A stretch of 64,000 nucleotides of DNA from the human T2T-CHM13v2.0 reference genome, Homo sapiens (GCF_009914755.1 NC_060939.1); one strand, 5' to 3'; numbered from the stretch's first letter, positions 45,143 to 58,829 are shown. Program-made: numbers and translations. Notes: a model not told the origin generated them from the letters alone.

Positions 45143-48100
45143 TATTTACATTCTCCCCTGTTACAGAAGGGATTTAAGACAACTTAACCAAAATCATACA
45201 GGATGAGAAAAATCAGCAAGAAAATGAGACCAAAGAAAAGTAAGAGTAGGAAACCCTTACGCAAGGAACGAAAGGCAAATCCTGGTGGAGGCTGCCCTGC
45301 CCAGGGCAAACCCTGACTCAGTGAGAGCACTCTCAGGAGCCACCACTTCAACTGCAAAGTGCTCTTGTGCTGAGACCTACCTGCCATCACGTGACCTACG
45401 GATGTGCTAGTGGTGGGCCCAAATTCAGCTACAAACTTTTCAGCAGGCAGCCATGAGAAGTCACGAGACTGTGTCCTACTGTTCAGGGTTAAGTGTAAAA
45501 ACATACTAAGGCCTGAGGGAAACTTCTCCCAAGGTCAATGATGGAGGTATCCTTACAGGAAGTACAGTGTGATGGAGCAGCAGTCCAAGTTCATCCTCCA
45601 AGAGAGTACACGGAGGGCACCACTCTATGCTGCCAGCCAGAGCCACAGCCTTCAGAAAAGGGAGGGGTCTTTCAAGGCCACCAAGTGATGCCACGGGCCT
45701 CTCCTCGGCCGGAAGGAATCCCCTCTGGCAGGATGTTGCAAACACTGTTCAATCCCTCATCTCCATCTTCTGCCTTGGTCCCAAAAGCTCTGCAGCAAAT
45801 GCATTCAGCTGCAGTTTCCCACTTCTGTGCATGTGGTTTCCGGGTATGTGGTTTCCTCTTTCAAAACCTTTAACTGTCTCATCGTGCACGTCCTTATGAC
45901 CTGTCCAATCTCAAACCCTTTTTGAAAGGAGGTGGGAAAATGTAACAGAGGCTGTGAATGGTGGGAAAATTATTTTAAAAGAAAAACCAAATTATACTCC
46001 TTACTGTCCATCCTAAAAAATAGACTTGAGGGGAAAGCGAGCAGTAAAGAGCCCTTTTTTTTCTTAATTAAGCTGTTGGCAGGGGGGATTACAGCCTCCC
46101 ACTTCAACAATGGCCTGGGCACAAGCCCAGACGGCATTCCAAGGTATTAAGAGCTACGAGGAGCCCGCCCTTTGAGCCCAGGTTCACGGCAAACAATGGG
46201 AACAGAGACCACAAATAGGCCACTTTTGAAACATCACAATTAAAATTTGGAGTGTAAATGACAGAAGACGAATTCTGATCTCATGAGACATTTCCAAAGC
46301 TTGAAAGTGTTGGAGAGCTCCTTTCATAATTTGCATATCGCTGCTGTATCCTTAAAAGTATAAATATGCGACTAATACTTAATGATCCACATGAACCAAA
46401 AATCAGTATCGTTTAATGCAAACAATTAAACCACCCTGAACTTGTTCTGGCCGACCACTTTGCAAATCACCGTCTCCCTGAACTGAGGCACCGTCCTCTA
46501 TAAAGCCCACCTAAACACAGTCACCAGCCACCCTGGCCCCACAGCCTCCACACTGGCTTTCCATCCCACACACGCGCCTCCCAGGTGGTCACCCACATCA
46601 CTTTTCCAGGCTCACGGACACTGCTAAGGCTGAACAAACAGTCATCGTGCATAAGGAGACCAGCCTTACACACACTTCAACCACTTTCAGACCCACTCCC
46701 AGCATGCATGGCTTGGCGACTTGAAAACCTGGACAAAACCTGCCGGTCAAGGACAACTTTGCAGTGCTTGGGCTGGATTTAACTGAAGGCCAGACAACTT
46801 GATTCCAGTGTTAGCTTCTGAGGCCACATTCTGTGTCTGGATCCGTGTGCGCCTCTAAATTGTGCCCAATTACCTGCAGACACTGCCATCAGTTACCAAA
46901 CACGCCGAGCAAAGTGTAACAGTCTTTGCGCCTATGGTCCACCTAGAAAACCACAATTTCAATGGCCTCAACACCTACAGTCAATAATCCTCAGGCTTTT
47001 GGTTTACAGGCATCAACTTGACACCACATCAGAGCAGACTGGACCTTATTTGTAATCATCCAGAAAATGTATTTGTCTACAGAAAAAATGCTGCAGCTAT
47101 AAATGCTTCAGAGATGACACTGAATTCAGGTGAGAAGATGGACAGCTTTTATGCTTGTAAACTGTAGCTAGGTTTTCTTGTTCACCCAATGCCATCCGGA
47201 ACCAGAAGCCAAAAAGGCCTCAACAACAGGTGGAAGCACTGAGTATTTACATTAAGATACAAAAGCTGAGGCCCCTGCACTGAAAATGCTGCCACCAGAT
47301 CCTCCCCAATGTCACCTGGAAGCGTGAAGTTACAGTAACTGAGGAAAACGGTTGTGACACTAACCAAGTAAATGTGTGCTAAGCTAATTCTGTCACTTCA
47401 GGACAGAATTAATGGTAACTGACTGAAACGAGAACGGGCTGCAGCTCTGTGCCTAGCGGACCTCCACGCCAGCAGCCTAACGTGCTCAAAATGGAATGCA
47501 GTTTCTCTTAGAGCTGACATCTTTTTGTGGTTTTACTGTAGCTTTATTACAAAATAACTGCTTACTGTAGAAAAACCAGAATATATAGAAAAGAGCTAAG
47601 AAGAATATAAAAGATCACTTGGCATCACAGTGAGTACATCCTTTGATGTTTCCTTTTCTATGCTACACAAACATACACTTTTGTTTTACTTTAAACACAG
47701 AAGGGCTTTGTACTGGCCATACTGTTTTACAGTTTACTTTCACTTAAGTATATTCTGAACCTCTCCTCATGTCAATAAAAGTATTTCAGCCACACCATTT
47801 TTACTTGTTAGAGATGCAGACCACAGTATGGATGAATCAGTTAAGTCAATTTTGGTCCTTATCTCCTAAAGCAGGACACCTAAAATACCTGAAATTTCCA
47901 CTTCATATGTACACATTTAAGCACACCTTTAAAATTCCTTTGGAAAAAATTCTAGAGCAATTGCCAGACCTCAAGAGAGCTGCATTTTAGACTTCTTGAT
48001 AAATGCTACCCAAGCGTCCCTCAACAGGTACCGGTCCTGTCCAGCTCTAGCTAGGTACCGGTACTTGACCAACTCTAGCCACCCTCTGCAGCAGCAACAC

Positions 48101-48638
48101 CGCTGGGCTGATCTTCCAAAACACACATCCCATCAGGCTACTGTCCTGCCGAAATGTCACCAATAGCTCTGGACAGCAACCACACAAAGCCTGGCACGCA
48201 GACCTTCCCTCCATGTCCCTGCCCACCACTCTACCACCCACAGCCTACACCTAGCCCCAAAGAGCTGGCCTTTCCCATCGCTCCTTCACTAACTCCTGCC
48301 ATTTCATGTTGTAGGAAACCTGTAGTTGTCTCTGCCTCAAAAACACCTCTTCATCTTCCAAGACTCAGCTAGTGGGTAAAAAAAGGGTGGGAGTGTGGGT
48401 GAGACATTTCTTGATCCATCACCCACTGGGTGTAAGCCTCTTTCTTCTGCTCCCCCACAGTGATTAGTTCACGCACCCTGACAGCCCTCATCAACCAATA
48501 CCATCGCTCGTTTCCTTCTGAGACAATGAACTCTGCAGAGACTAGGGCCCTGTATTTGGAATCTACTGTTAATAAAGAGCAGCTTAGTTAACAGACAGGG
48601 GAACGTGAAGCTGCCGGTGCAATGGAAACAGTCACGCA

Positions 48639-48720
48639 CAATCCGCTATTGACAGCCACATCTATCCCTGGAATCAATCCGCTATTGACAGCCACAGCCA
48701 TCCCTGGAAATCCCTGGAAT
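48639..48720 (+). repeat. Tandem duplication, 36 bp x2 plus a partial third
   Basis: CAATCCGCTATTGACAGCCACA..ATCCCTGGAA at 48639 and 48675, then TCCCTGGAAT. Confidence 0.85.
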
Positions 48721-51700
48721 ATTGTTTGAGCGCTTCAAGATCTTGAACCTGACATAAAAAACTACACTCATTTTCAGAGCCACATGGTTCCCTAGTCTCC
48801 TACAGGAAATTCACGATCTGAAATGACTTGGTGCTCCAAAAGTTCACTTACAGGTTGATTATTTGGATTTTACATGGAAAAGCCTTCTGTATAAATGTTT
48901 GCCAAGTTGAATTCTATCTAAGAAAGTGAGGACTGCTCTGAACTGTTTCAAGATAAACATGGTTTACTTAGCTCAAGAAATAAGGAAATGAATTCAGATT
49001 TATAAGATAGGAGGATCTCATTAAGGTTGGTAGAGGAACAGTCCGTCTTCATTTAAGGCATTAGGAAGAGATCATTCACTGATAATAGTATCCTGAAATC
49101 AGATTCCTATATCTCTAGGTAATGCTTCTCAAACTTTCTTCCCACAGTCCCCTACAGACTGATGCTAATCTGTAATGGTGCCCTTGTTCAATCTTGGCGC
49201 AAAGAAGGGAAACCATCCACCTCTTTCTTCTGACAACATAAAAAAAGAACAAAACTATTCCCCATCTTCAGCCCAGAGAGGGTAAGAACCAAAACAAACA
49301 AAAGGTGTTGGATTAGCTCAAGGTTCTGGGCATAAAAATGGACGAATAAGCAAAATACGTGTGGCTTTTTTTTTTTTTTATCAAAACGTTGATTAAAAAA
49401 ATCTAAATAGCACAGAAACTCTCTCAGCAAGAAAAGGTAAGTGTAGCCAAGAAATGTTTGAAGCAGATGAATAACAAAGGGGAACTTGTCCACCGGATAT
49501 TAAAATATTATTCAACCTCCAATAATTTCAATGGGTGGTACTGGCACAAGAACAGACAGAAAGTTCAACGGAACAAAACATGAAGTCCAGAAACATACCC
49601 AAGAATTCTGAGCATGACGAAGATGGCATTTCAAACTGGTAGGGAAATGAGAACTTAGTCAACGGTACATGGTGCTGCGACCACATACTATTTGGGGAAA
49701 AAATAAAGTTGAGATGATTTCTACCCTTTCTAGAATTAGGAAGGAAACGTTACCTTTAAAAATCTCTCCAGGGCAGTAACTGTGAACCTGGGGTAGAGAA
49801 AACTAAAATCAGAAAGGGAAAGACATAGACTGAACTACATGAACATTTCCCTTCCATATATCACAGAACATAACTAAAAAGAAAATGTTTAAATATGGGA
49901 AAAATACGAATTGCAGCTAGTAATGCAAGACACAAGAAACCCAGAGGTTCTGACAAGCTGTCCTTAATTTGCATAATAAATGACTTCAGAGGAATCACAG
50001 TACCATTTTAAAGCGAAATTACCTAGAACACACACTTGCAGATGAGTCAAAATAAATTATTTTATGTGTTAACTTACAGAACCCCAGCTACCCACCTCCT
50101 TTTCCTGCATAAACCCTCCAGTGGCTTTCTAATTCACTCAGAATGAAACTTTACAAGACTGGACACTAGCGAGCCCCTTCTTGGGGCTCTTCTTTTACTG
50201 GCCTTCTTGGCTTTCTTTCTTTTACTGGCCTTCTTGGTGTTCCTTTCCAAGCCGGTCCCTGCCTTGGGACTTCCCGGTGCTTCCTTGGCCCTCATGCTCA
50301 TCAATGATATTCACACAACTGGCTCTTCATGATCAAATCTCAGCCCAAATGGCACTCTCTCCAAACTCTTCCCTAATCACCTAACACAGAGAGGACACAC
50401 TTGCCCTGCCCCAACCCTGTTCTATTTTCTCTACAGCATCCATCACTAGCAGAAACCCTCTTTTTAGTGTCGTCCCTCTGACTAAAGAACATGACAGCAA
50501 GCCGTGTACTGCAGTGTCCCCCAGGACTCAGGGTCGGGGGCCAGAGGGGCCATGCATGCATGTGCTTTACAAAGAAATGGATCCTAAGTAACGAATCAGG
50601 ATCACTCCTATTAACTCCACAGCTACTGTGTCACTCAGGGCCTCCAAAGCTCAGCCCTGGCTGGTCTCTCACCTGCTACATTTTGAGTTTTGTCTCGCCT
50701 GCTTTGAAAAATCTGTTTCTTGTCTGCTATCAGCTGTCACTGCCCTGCTATATCTTGGTGGCCCCCATCCATCCCTCAAGCAGATGGCAGGTCTAGAAAG
50801 TAAAAATGTGTAATGATGGAGATGTTCTATCATCAAAGTGCTGTGCCTTTAGTGTGGACGGGCATATCTCCTTGGATTTTCAAAAGCTTTTTTAGCCCCT
50901 TTCTGGATCTCAGAGTTGTTGGAATGAAGAGGTTGCTAGCTACTAGTCCCTTCACCTAAATTCTGACATTTTCAGTATTCTACACCAAAGTATCATCTTA
51001 CTGAAAGTGCTGGCATCTCCTTCATCTATAAGCCAAACAACAGTTGTTTTTTTGTTTTTTTTAAAAAACAAAACTACAGTTTTCGATAAGATGAAGAATG
51101 AATTTACCTTTCAGGAGAAATGTAAAGCTCAGCACATCGATTTCCAAACTAGAGTTCTACCTTGTGCTAGAAGAGTCAAGCTTACTTTTATACTGAACTG
51201 TGCATGGAATTTCCAATTTAAGAGCTCAGTGTGGACTTTTGGTCTGGGCTGCAAAGCACAGTAAAACTGGAATCATATGTTATACCCTATAACCTCCATC
51301 CCAATTGAGGCCCTCCCCAAAAGTTCCTTAACTTTTAGCCTTAAGGCTAAAATCGTCTTGTGCCAACTCCTGCAGTCAGTCTAAACACAGGGTTGGCAGG
51401 CAAGAGGCAAAGGACCCTAACTGGCAGGGCAGGTCCACCTCCAGGCTCCATGCACTCTGACTTCTTAAGATCTGAGAGATAAAAGGAAACTTCTGTGAGA
51501 GAGCTGGAGTGACATTAGCTGGACACTATCTCCTGGTAGGCGTTTTCCTTTCTCAGAAAGGCAGAGGTGTCAAAAGAAAGGGAGAACCCCGCCTGGGGGC
51601 AAACTGTGTTTCTGCTTTCCCCTAACCACCTGAAAAAAAAATAATAAATAAACAATGAGATTAAGTCTTACATCCAGAAAAAGATGAGGGAAGAGATGTG

Positions 51701-51774
51701 GAAAGGAGGCCAAAAGTAAGAGCGTTAAGCTCGAGTTTGGAAAACCATCTCCAAGTGTGAAACAGTAGTTCTAG

Positions 51775-52110
<336 letters not shown>

Positions 52111-52427
52111 TGCATTACATTTTCTGAGTATTGCTGGTGCATTAGGCCCCCCACTGATTTGAATATATTGATACCGTAACCATGAAAATGTATTTGGTTC
52201 AGGGGGCATGGGGGAGATAAGGGAGTTACCTAATTTACTGTTTGTACTAACTGGTTTGTTAACTGTCCCCAAAACTGTGATTTCACATGGTCTATCACCA
52301 CACTAGAGTCATGCGGATTTACTTTCAAAACCATGCTGTAAATAATCTATATGGCTCATCCTCGATTTCCGATACGGCTGTTTCTCTGGTCAAAAAAAAA
52401 AAAAAAATCCCATAAAACCTCAGGTAA

Positions 52428-52824
<397 letters not shown>

Positions 52825-54146
52825 TGCATTAGTCTGTATTTACAATACCTGCATTCTAAGCTTTTCAAGCCACTCAGGACCCTTCCTGGCGGAATGTGGG
52901 TTCTGGACTTAAGCAGGACCCTAATGGAAATGTGCAGGAATGGGGATCAAGCCATTCAAGGGGCAGTCACTGAAGACCACTTTCACCTTCTTTCTCAGTC
53001 CTTTACTTTCTCCCTTAAAGGCAAGGGAGACCATATATGCTTTTCCCCTCACAACATCTAGTGCCTGAAAAATCTGACCAAGACTGCATTTAAAAACTGA
53101 AGTGTAAAGGTATTGGTTATAAGAACAAACAGCAACCAGCTTAGCCTGGCTCAGCACTGGCTGCTCTGAAATTTCATTACCAGACAACTGATGCTCTAAA
53201 ACCATTCCCCACATTGGTTTGCTCTGTGGCTGGATAAGACCCAAACTTTATCCATACAGTAAGTGTCTCTATACTTCACACATATAGGGTTTCCATCAAA
53301 TCCCTTTATCGAGTCTACAACCCTCTCCAACTTCAAATTCACTCCAATACAAATCTGATTCTAACCATGCCAGCCATTCCAAAATCATCTCCCTTCTAGA
53401 GACTACATTGGCTAATCCCTTTGTTAAACCTGAACACAATTCCAGCTGCTTTTATGACTCATTTGGCCAACTAGAGCCCAGTTACTGGATAACATGCATA
53501 CACCACCAAGCTGAACTAATTAACACCAGAATGCAGTTTTCCACTGAATCTACCAAGGGCCAAGAACTGCTTTTCCCCAAGGTTCTCTCTCTCTGTACTC
53601 AACAGACTGGTGTGGTCCAATGTGCTGCGGGCATTCTCTTTCATTTATAGGAGTGCCTCCAACTGCGAAATGTGAGAGTATGATGTGGAAAGGTTCTAGA
53701 ACTAGATTAACGTACACGGGCTCCAGCTTTGCAAGGACAAAGGTGCACATTTTAGGGAATCCAGTATCAGCCCCAACTGCCTCCACTATCAGGTACTGTG
53801 CTATGAGTTTTCCAACATTATGAGGGAGACCCGATCTGTCGGGCCCTTCTAACGAGAAGCTTCGATTTGCAAAGGCTAAAGTGCCTTCATCAGGGTGAGA
53901 GGTACACCCAGCGAGGCCACACTAGTCCATCTGACCCCAAAGGCCATGTTCCTGAGCGCCGCGCTCACCATCCCGCCTCTGATCTTTTCTCCCTCGGCCC
54001 GGCGTCTCCCGAGAGGCAACCCGATCCCGCCGGAAGCCCAAGAAGGGCCTAGGAAGCGGGCGGAGGCGAGAGCCAGGAGAGCACCCGGGATGCCGGCCGC
54101 CGGGATGCCGGACGCAGGAGGCGGTGCCCGGGGAGCAGGGGCTCAC

Positions 54147-54466
54147 CTGTAGGCGGCCACGGCCCGAGTCTGCAGGTATTTCTGGGCGGTCATGACTCCC
54201 ACGAAGAGAAAGTTCCTGTCGCGCGGGCCGCCATCTGGGTCCGAGCCGGGCGGCCAGAGCTGCGCCCCGCGCGCATCGCCGCGCGCCCCGCCGGCCTGGG
54301 AAGCCGCCGCCTGCCCGGACCGGCAGCCCTCGGGGCTGGCGCGGCGCCGTGGGCCCGCTCGCTTCAGCTCGGAAGCCCGGGGCAGGACGAGCCGCGAGGC
54401 CAGCACGAAGCCCAGGACGAGCCCGAGCAGCACGCTGAGCCAGGCGCGCCGGCCGCGCGCGGCCAT
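54147..54466 (-). CDS. CHSY1: CHSY1 coding exon 1 (codons 1-106 plus 2 nt): short basic cytosolic tail, transmembrane signal-anchor, stem, start of the GT31/Fringe-like domain
   Basis: Translates MAARGRRAWLSVLLGLVLGFVLASRLVLPRASEL...RNFLFVGVMTAQKYLQTRAVAAY(R), the recognisable N-terminus of human CHSY1. ATG in strong context (ggcATGg). Ends at donor CAG|GTGAGC (GT at 54146-54145); 320 nt, phase 2. Confidence 0.98.
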
Positions 54467-54489
54467 GCCCGCGCCGCTCCGCCCGCCGG

Positions 54490-54518
54490 GCCGCCGCCGC
54501 CGCCGCCGCCGCCGCCGC
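54490..54518 (-). repeat. (CGG)9 trinucleotide repeat in the CHSY1 5' UTR
   Basis: Plus strand has (GCC)9GC uninterrupted, ending about 24 nt upstream of the ATG. Confidence 0.95.
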
Positions 54519-54570
54519 AGGCTCCGCGCGCCCTCAGCCCGCTGCCCCCGCCCGCGGAGGCCAGCCCGCC

Positions 54571-54630
54571 CTAGCGCCGCGAGGCCCGGCCCGGGCAGCG
54601 CCGCCGCCGCCGCGGGCCCGCCGCGCCCAT
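54571..54630 (-). other. Upstream ORF, 19 aa (MGAAGPRRRRRCPGRASRR*)
   Basis: ATG at 54630 in strong context gcgATGg; TAG at 54573-54571; out of frame with the CDS. Translation not demonstrated. Confidence 0.6.
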
Positions 54631-54709
54631 CGCGGCCCCCGAGCCGCCCGCAGGCCCCGCGCCGGCGCTTTGTTCCGCACGCCCGCCCCCGCCGCCGCGG
54701 CCTGCGCCT

Positions 54710-54724
54710 TTAAGAGGGGACCAT
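54710..54724 (-). other. Upstream ORF, 4 aa (MVPS*), in frame with the main CDS
   Basis: ggcATGGTCCCCTCTTAA; 258 nt (86 codons) upstream of the main ATG. Confidence 0.55.
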
Positions 54725-56590
54725 GCCCGGCGCGCGCTAGCGGCGGCTCGGGCGCGAGGTGGCGGCGGCTCCTCCCGCTCGCGCGCGGGGACGCGGGGCC
54801 GGCACGACGGCGACGACGGCGGCGGCAGACGAGTCCGGGCTCCCGTCCCGCCCTGCCCGCGTCCTCCGGCTGGCTGGGCTCGGTTCGCACGGCGCCTGTC
54901 CCCGTCCTCTTCGTAGCCGGCGCCGCCGCCGCAGCTGCACATCCTCCGGCTTAGCTCGCCATTGCAACAGGAGCCCCTCACGTCACGCACGGCGCGTTAT
55001 GAAGTGGCCCCGCCGGCGGCGAGCCGTGGCCCCTCTCGGGATCCGTCCGCGCCGCGCGATTGGCGCAAAAGTGAATGAGGGGCGGTTCACGTGGCCGAAG
55101 TTTGACCAAAAAAAAAAAAAGCCCTCTCGGGCGCCCCGCCCGCGCGGTCTGCGACTGGAGCTGGCGGGCGGAGGGGGCGTGGGCCCCCGCCCGGCGCCCG
55201 CGGGGCCGGAGCTGCCCGTGATCCGCACCTAGCACCCGGCGCAAGGGCGTCCCCGCGAGGACGGCCGCTTCCCGCACCGCGGCGCCCGGGCGCGAATCTC
55301 GGGAGCCAGCCTTGCAGTGGGGGCTTCTCGGCCCCCAGACTCCACGCTGCGCACGTTCCTCCCGCACGGGCCGTCCTCGCTGCACCCCACGGCCACGCCC
55401 TTCCTGCCGCCGGGCCGGCCCCGCGCTCCCGGCCCCGCGCTCCCGACCACACTGCAGCTTTGTCCGCAGTCCCGCGGCCGCACGCAGGGAACAGCCGTCC
55501 CGGAGCCCTGGGGACGTGCGCGCCTGCGAGTGGACCGTGAATTCAGTTACCTTGTTCCCTGTTGCTAGTTTCTACGCTAAATAAGAAGAAGAAGAAGAAA
55601 AAGCCATCTTTAATACTTAAGGTCCACGCTTCTCATACAGTACTAGCATTTAATGGATCTCGAAGACAAGGAAAATGAAGTTAATGCCCTGGATGGTAAA
55701 CCCTACTTTCATTTACATACTGTGTGGGCAGATAGCCGGCTAGTACCCCCAGCCTGGGACTTTGTCCCTACTTTAATATAGTCCGTCTGTAAAAGTGCCG
55801 TGGATTTCTAAAGACGGATTTTGGGTCCCAGATCCTCTACTCTGGATTTTAAGTTTTATACATTTCCTCTGCAATACTTCAGCTAAGGCAGCAAAAGCGG
55901 AGGTCTCCATACAACGAAAGTTTGTGTAGAGTTTCAGTCTTGTTACTTAGTCACCAGTATATTGGGGTTTTCTAATGAAACTTTTGAAGGGCAAAGTGTT
56001 TCCCTGGGCCTGAGAAGTTACCTGCATTGAATCAAATAAACACATGCCTGGGGCAATCCTTGGATCTTTCTTCATTGTTGACCAAATGGTTGAAATACTA
56101 TCACACAGTTTAAAATGCCTGTGGGAGCTTCAGATACCTTCTCGGCACCTGAATGGTGGTCACTCTTGTTTATTCTTTGGATATTACCACTTTCTTTGAC
56201 ACTTGTGATTTATATTAAAAATAGTTCATTACCTACCTTCCCACAGAGCCCCTCCCTAAGGGGTGATCCACATCTAAAAATAAAATACTCATTATGCAGT
56301 GAATACAGGATTCCAGCAGTGGTCTTGGGAAAAATACAGAACATACAACCATGAATTACAGGCTCGAAAACCATCGAAAAAGGTTTCCACTAAGACCATA
56401 AACCACAAATGCCGAGGAGTCACCAGATCCCCCAAATTCAGCAGCCCCATCATTCACAGTGATTTACATGAAGTACGAATCTGGCCAGATTCAGATGTTC
56501 AATTTTGTAGCATATTCAACGATTTCAGTATTTTCTAACCTGCTTTAGACTTACCTAGTTTTCTTCGAAACTAGTGTCCAGTGAAAAGCT

Positions 56591-56978
<388 letters not shown>

Positions 56979-58829
56979 TCAGTTCCTAGGTTAACAGTCT
57001 CACCTGTCTCACCTGCAGGCTTAATGGGGGTCTTTCGTAATGTAGAAAGGATACCCTTTTCTTTGTAAAGGCTGAGCCTGAGGGCTTACAATTCCCTGGA
57101 GAAGGAGAGTAAGACATACGGGAACTCCCTCTGGGAGAAGAGGGATATGCCAGGCCAAGAGAGGGTTGGAAGGAGAAGAGAGAAACTGAGGTCCTGTAGA
57201 AGTCTGCCAGGGGCAGGGACCAATTCCGGCATGCAGCCTAGGAGCAGGAGGGCAAGCTCTAGCACATCTGGAAGGAGCAGCTGGATTGTTGAGCTGAGGC
57301 AGTTCTCCTGGGGAAGAATCCAAAAGTGTCCCAGTAAGGGGCCTGGCTCAGGAGACAAGGCTATCCTAAGTGGGGATTTCACAGCCAGTAGCAAATACCT
57401 GGAATCAAGAACTTCAGTGACAGCCAGAGACCCAAACAGCTGGACAGGACTGGTACCCCCAGTATGAAGGCCTGTCCCATGCCCAGCCCCACTAGTCAAT
57501 ACCAGCAAGGAGCCAGGGAGGACAACGAGGGTCTGGAACATCTGCCCCCAATGCACACACATGCGTCCTTCCCCACAGCCCCCTGGAGGCCAAGGCTGTC
57601 CTCATCCTAAAGCCCCCTCACCCTAAGTAATTTTTAAAGGTAAGGAGTAGGCAGGGTGATTCGCATTTATAGGGATTTCACTGCAGGGAGCTGAGGAAAG
57701 ACTTTTCATGTTCCGGGCTTCTTGATTTCACTGTGCTACTGGCCTTCTCTGTTGAGGGAATCATTGACCATTTTTCTCATCATAAAAGAAGGGGAGGTAT
57801 TAACTGTTACCAGGAACACTTGTAAGGAAGCCCTTAACTGTAGTTATTCCATGAAAGTCCCAATGGCACAGGAGTGGCCCAAGAGGTGGGCTGTGATGGA
57901 TCAGGGATCAGGAGTGTGGGACCGAGTCTGAGCTCTGCGTGGAGTGAGTTCCACCTGGAGGGGCTCCGGGAGTCCGGCTCTGTCTCCAAATGAGTCTTTC
58001 TGCTGGATCACGTTAAACGGTCCTCCATAGTGATTCCAGACCAGTATTCAGAAATGTGTTCAAAAATCCCAGATCACTTAACTTCCCTTCTGTGTTCATG
58101 AGTGTGACTCTTTATGACACATTATTAAAGTTCATCGCCACCTACCTTACTGAGCATTTTCTCACAGATGGCAACTTTGTTCCCACACACTTCACATTTC
58201 TTTTCTGTTGCTAATACATTGAACGTCTGTTACCAGTATAACATTTCATATAATTTGCAGCAATTTCTTGGAAACCCTTGGTAAATACCTCAATTGTTTG
58301 TTGGCAGCAAGCCTCAAACGACCGACAGAGTTCCCTGTTAGAGCTTCTTTAAAGATGAAGCCTCTCCACTCACGCCTCAAACAGGGGTCCTTGGAAAAAG
58401 TGGTAATTTTTATTAAAGAAAAAAAACTTTCAGAAAGGCCTGTTTTAAGAAACAGTGAATGCTGAGGAGTTATAATCATCCATCCTTTCAGAAGGTTCTG
58501 TTCACTGCCTGCAAAGAAGAAAATCTATAATGACCACTTTACTAATATTGCCACTTAACCTCTGTTAACCCAATAAAACACTGCTTCATTATGAATGCTG
58601 CTATTAAACTTACAAGCAAGATCCTCATGAGGTTGTTAATTTCGCTCACTATTTCCTTCTGTTTGTAGCATTTCCAGTCAGATGCAGGAAAGGGCAAGTG
58701 AGCAGGGCTCACGTTCTGGTTTCACACACTGGCCTATTCCAGCCCTGGGTGTTCTGCAAAGTCCTTCAGTGCTTATCAGCTGTGTACACCGTTTCCATCA
58801 GACGCTGAGTCAGTGTGAGTGCTTCTCAC

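Larger units (their letters stand above)
53950..55540. promoter_or_regulatory. CpG island covering the CHSY1 promoter, 5' UTR and exon 1
   Basis: Abrupt switch to very high GC with dense CpG, versus CpG-depleted flanks. GC boxes (e.g. 55134-55141), CCAAT (minus strand, 55059-55063), no TATA. The exact TSS cannot be read from sequence. Confidence 0.95.

Noticed and set aside
48026-48079. Cluster of KpnI/AgeI-like palindromes resembling a polylinker
   Set aside because: Explained by a diverged 27-bp tandem duplication; no vector sequence nearby.
53867-55584. Many overlapping Arg/Pro/Ala/Gly-rich ORFs on both strands
   Set aside because: Expected from stop-codon scarcity in a CpG island; most start at GTG/TTG. 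Only ATG-initiated leader uORFs and the in-frame CUG extension were kept.
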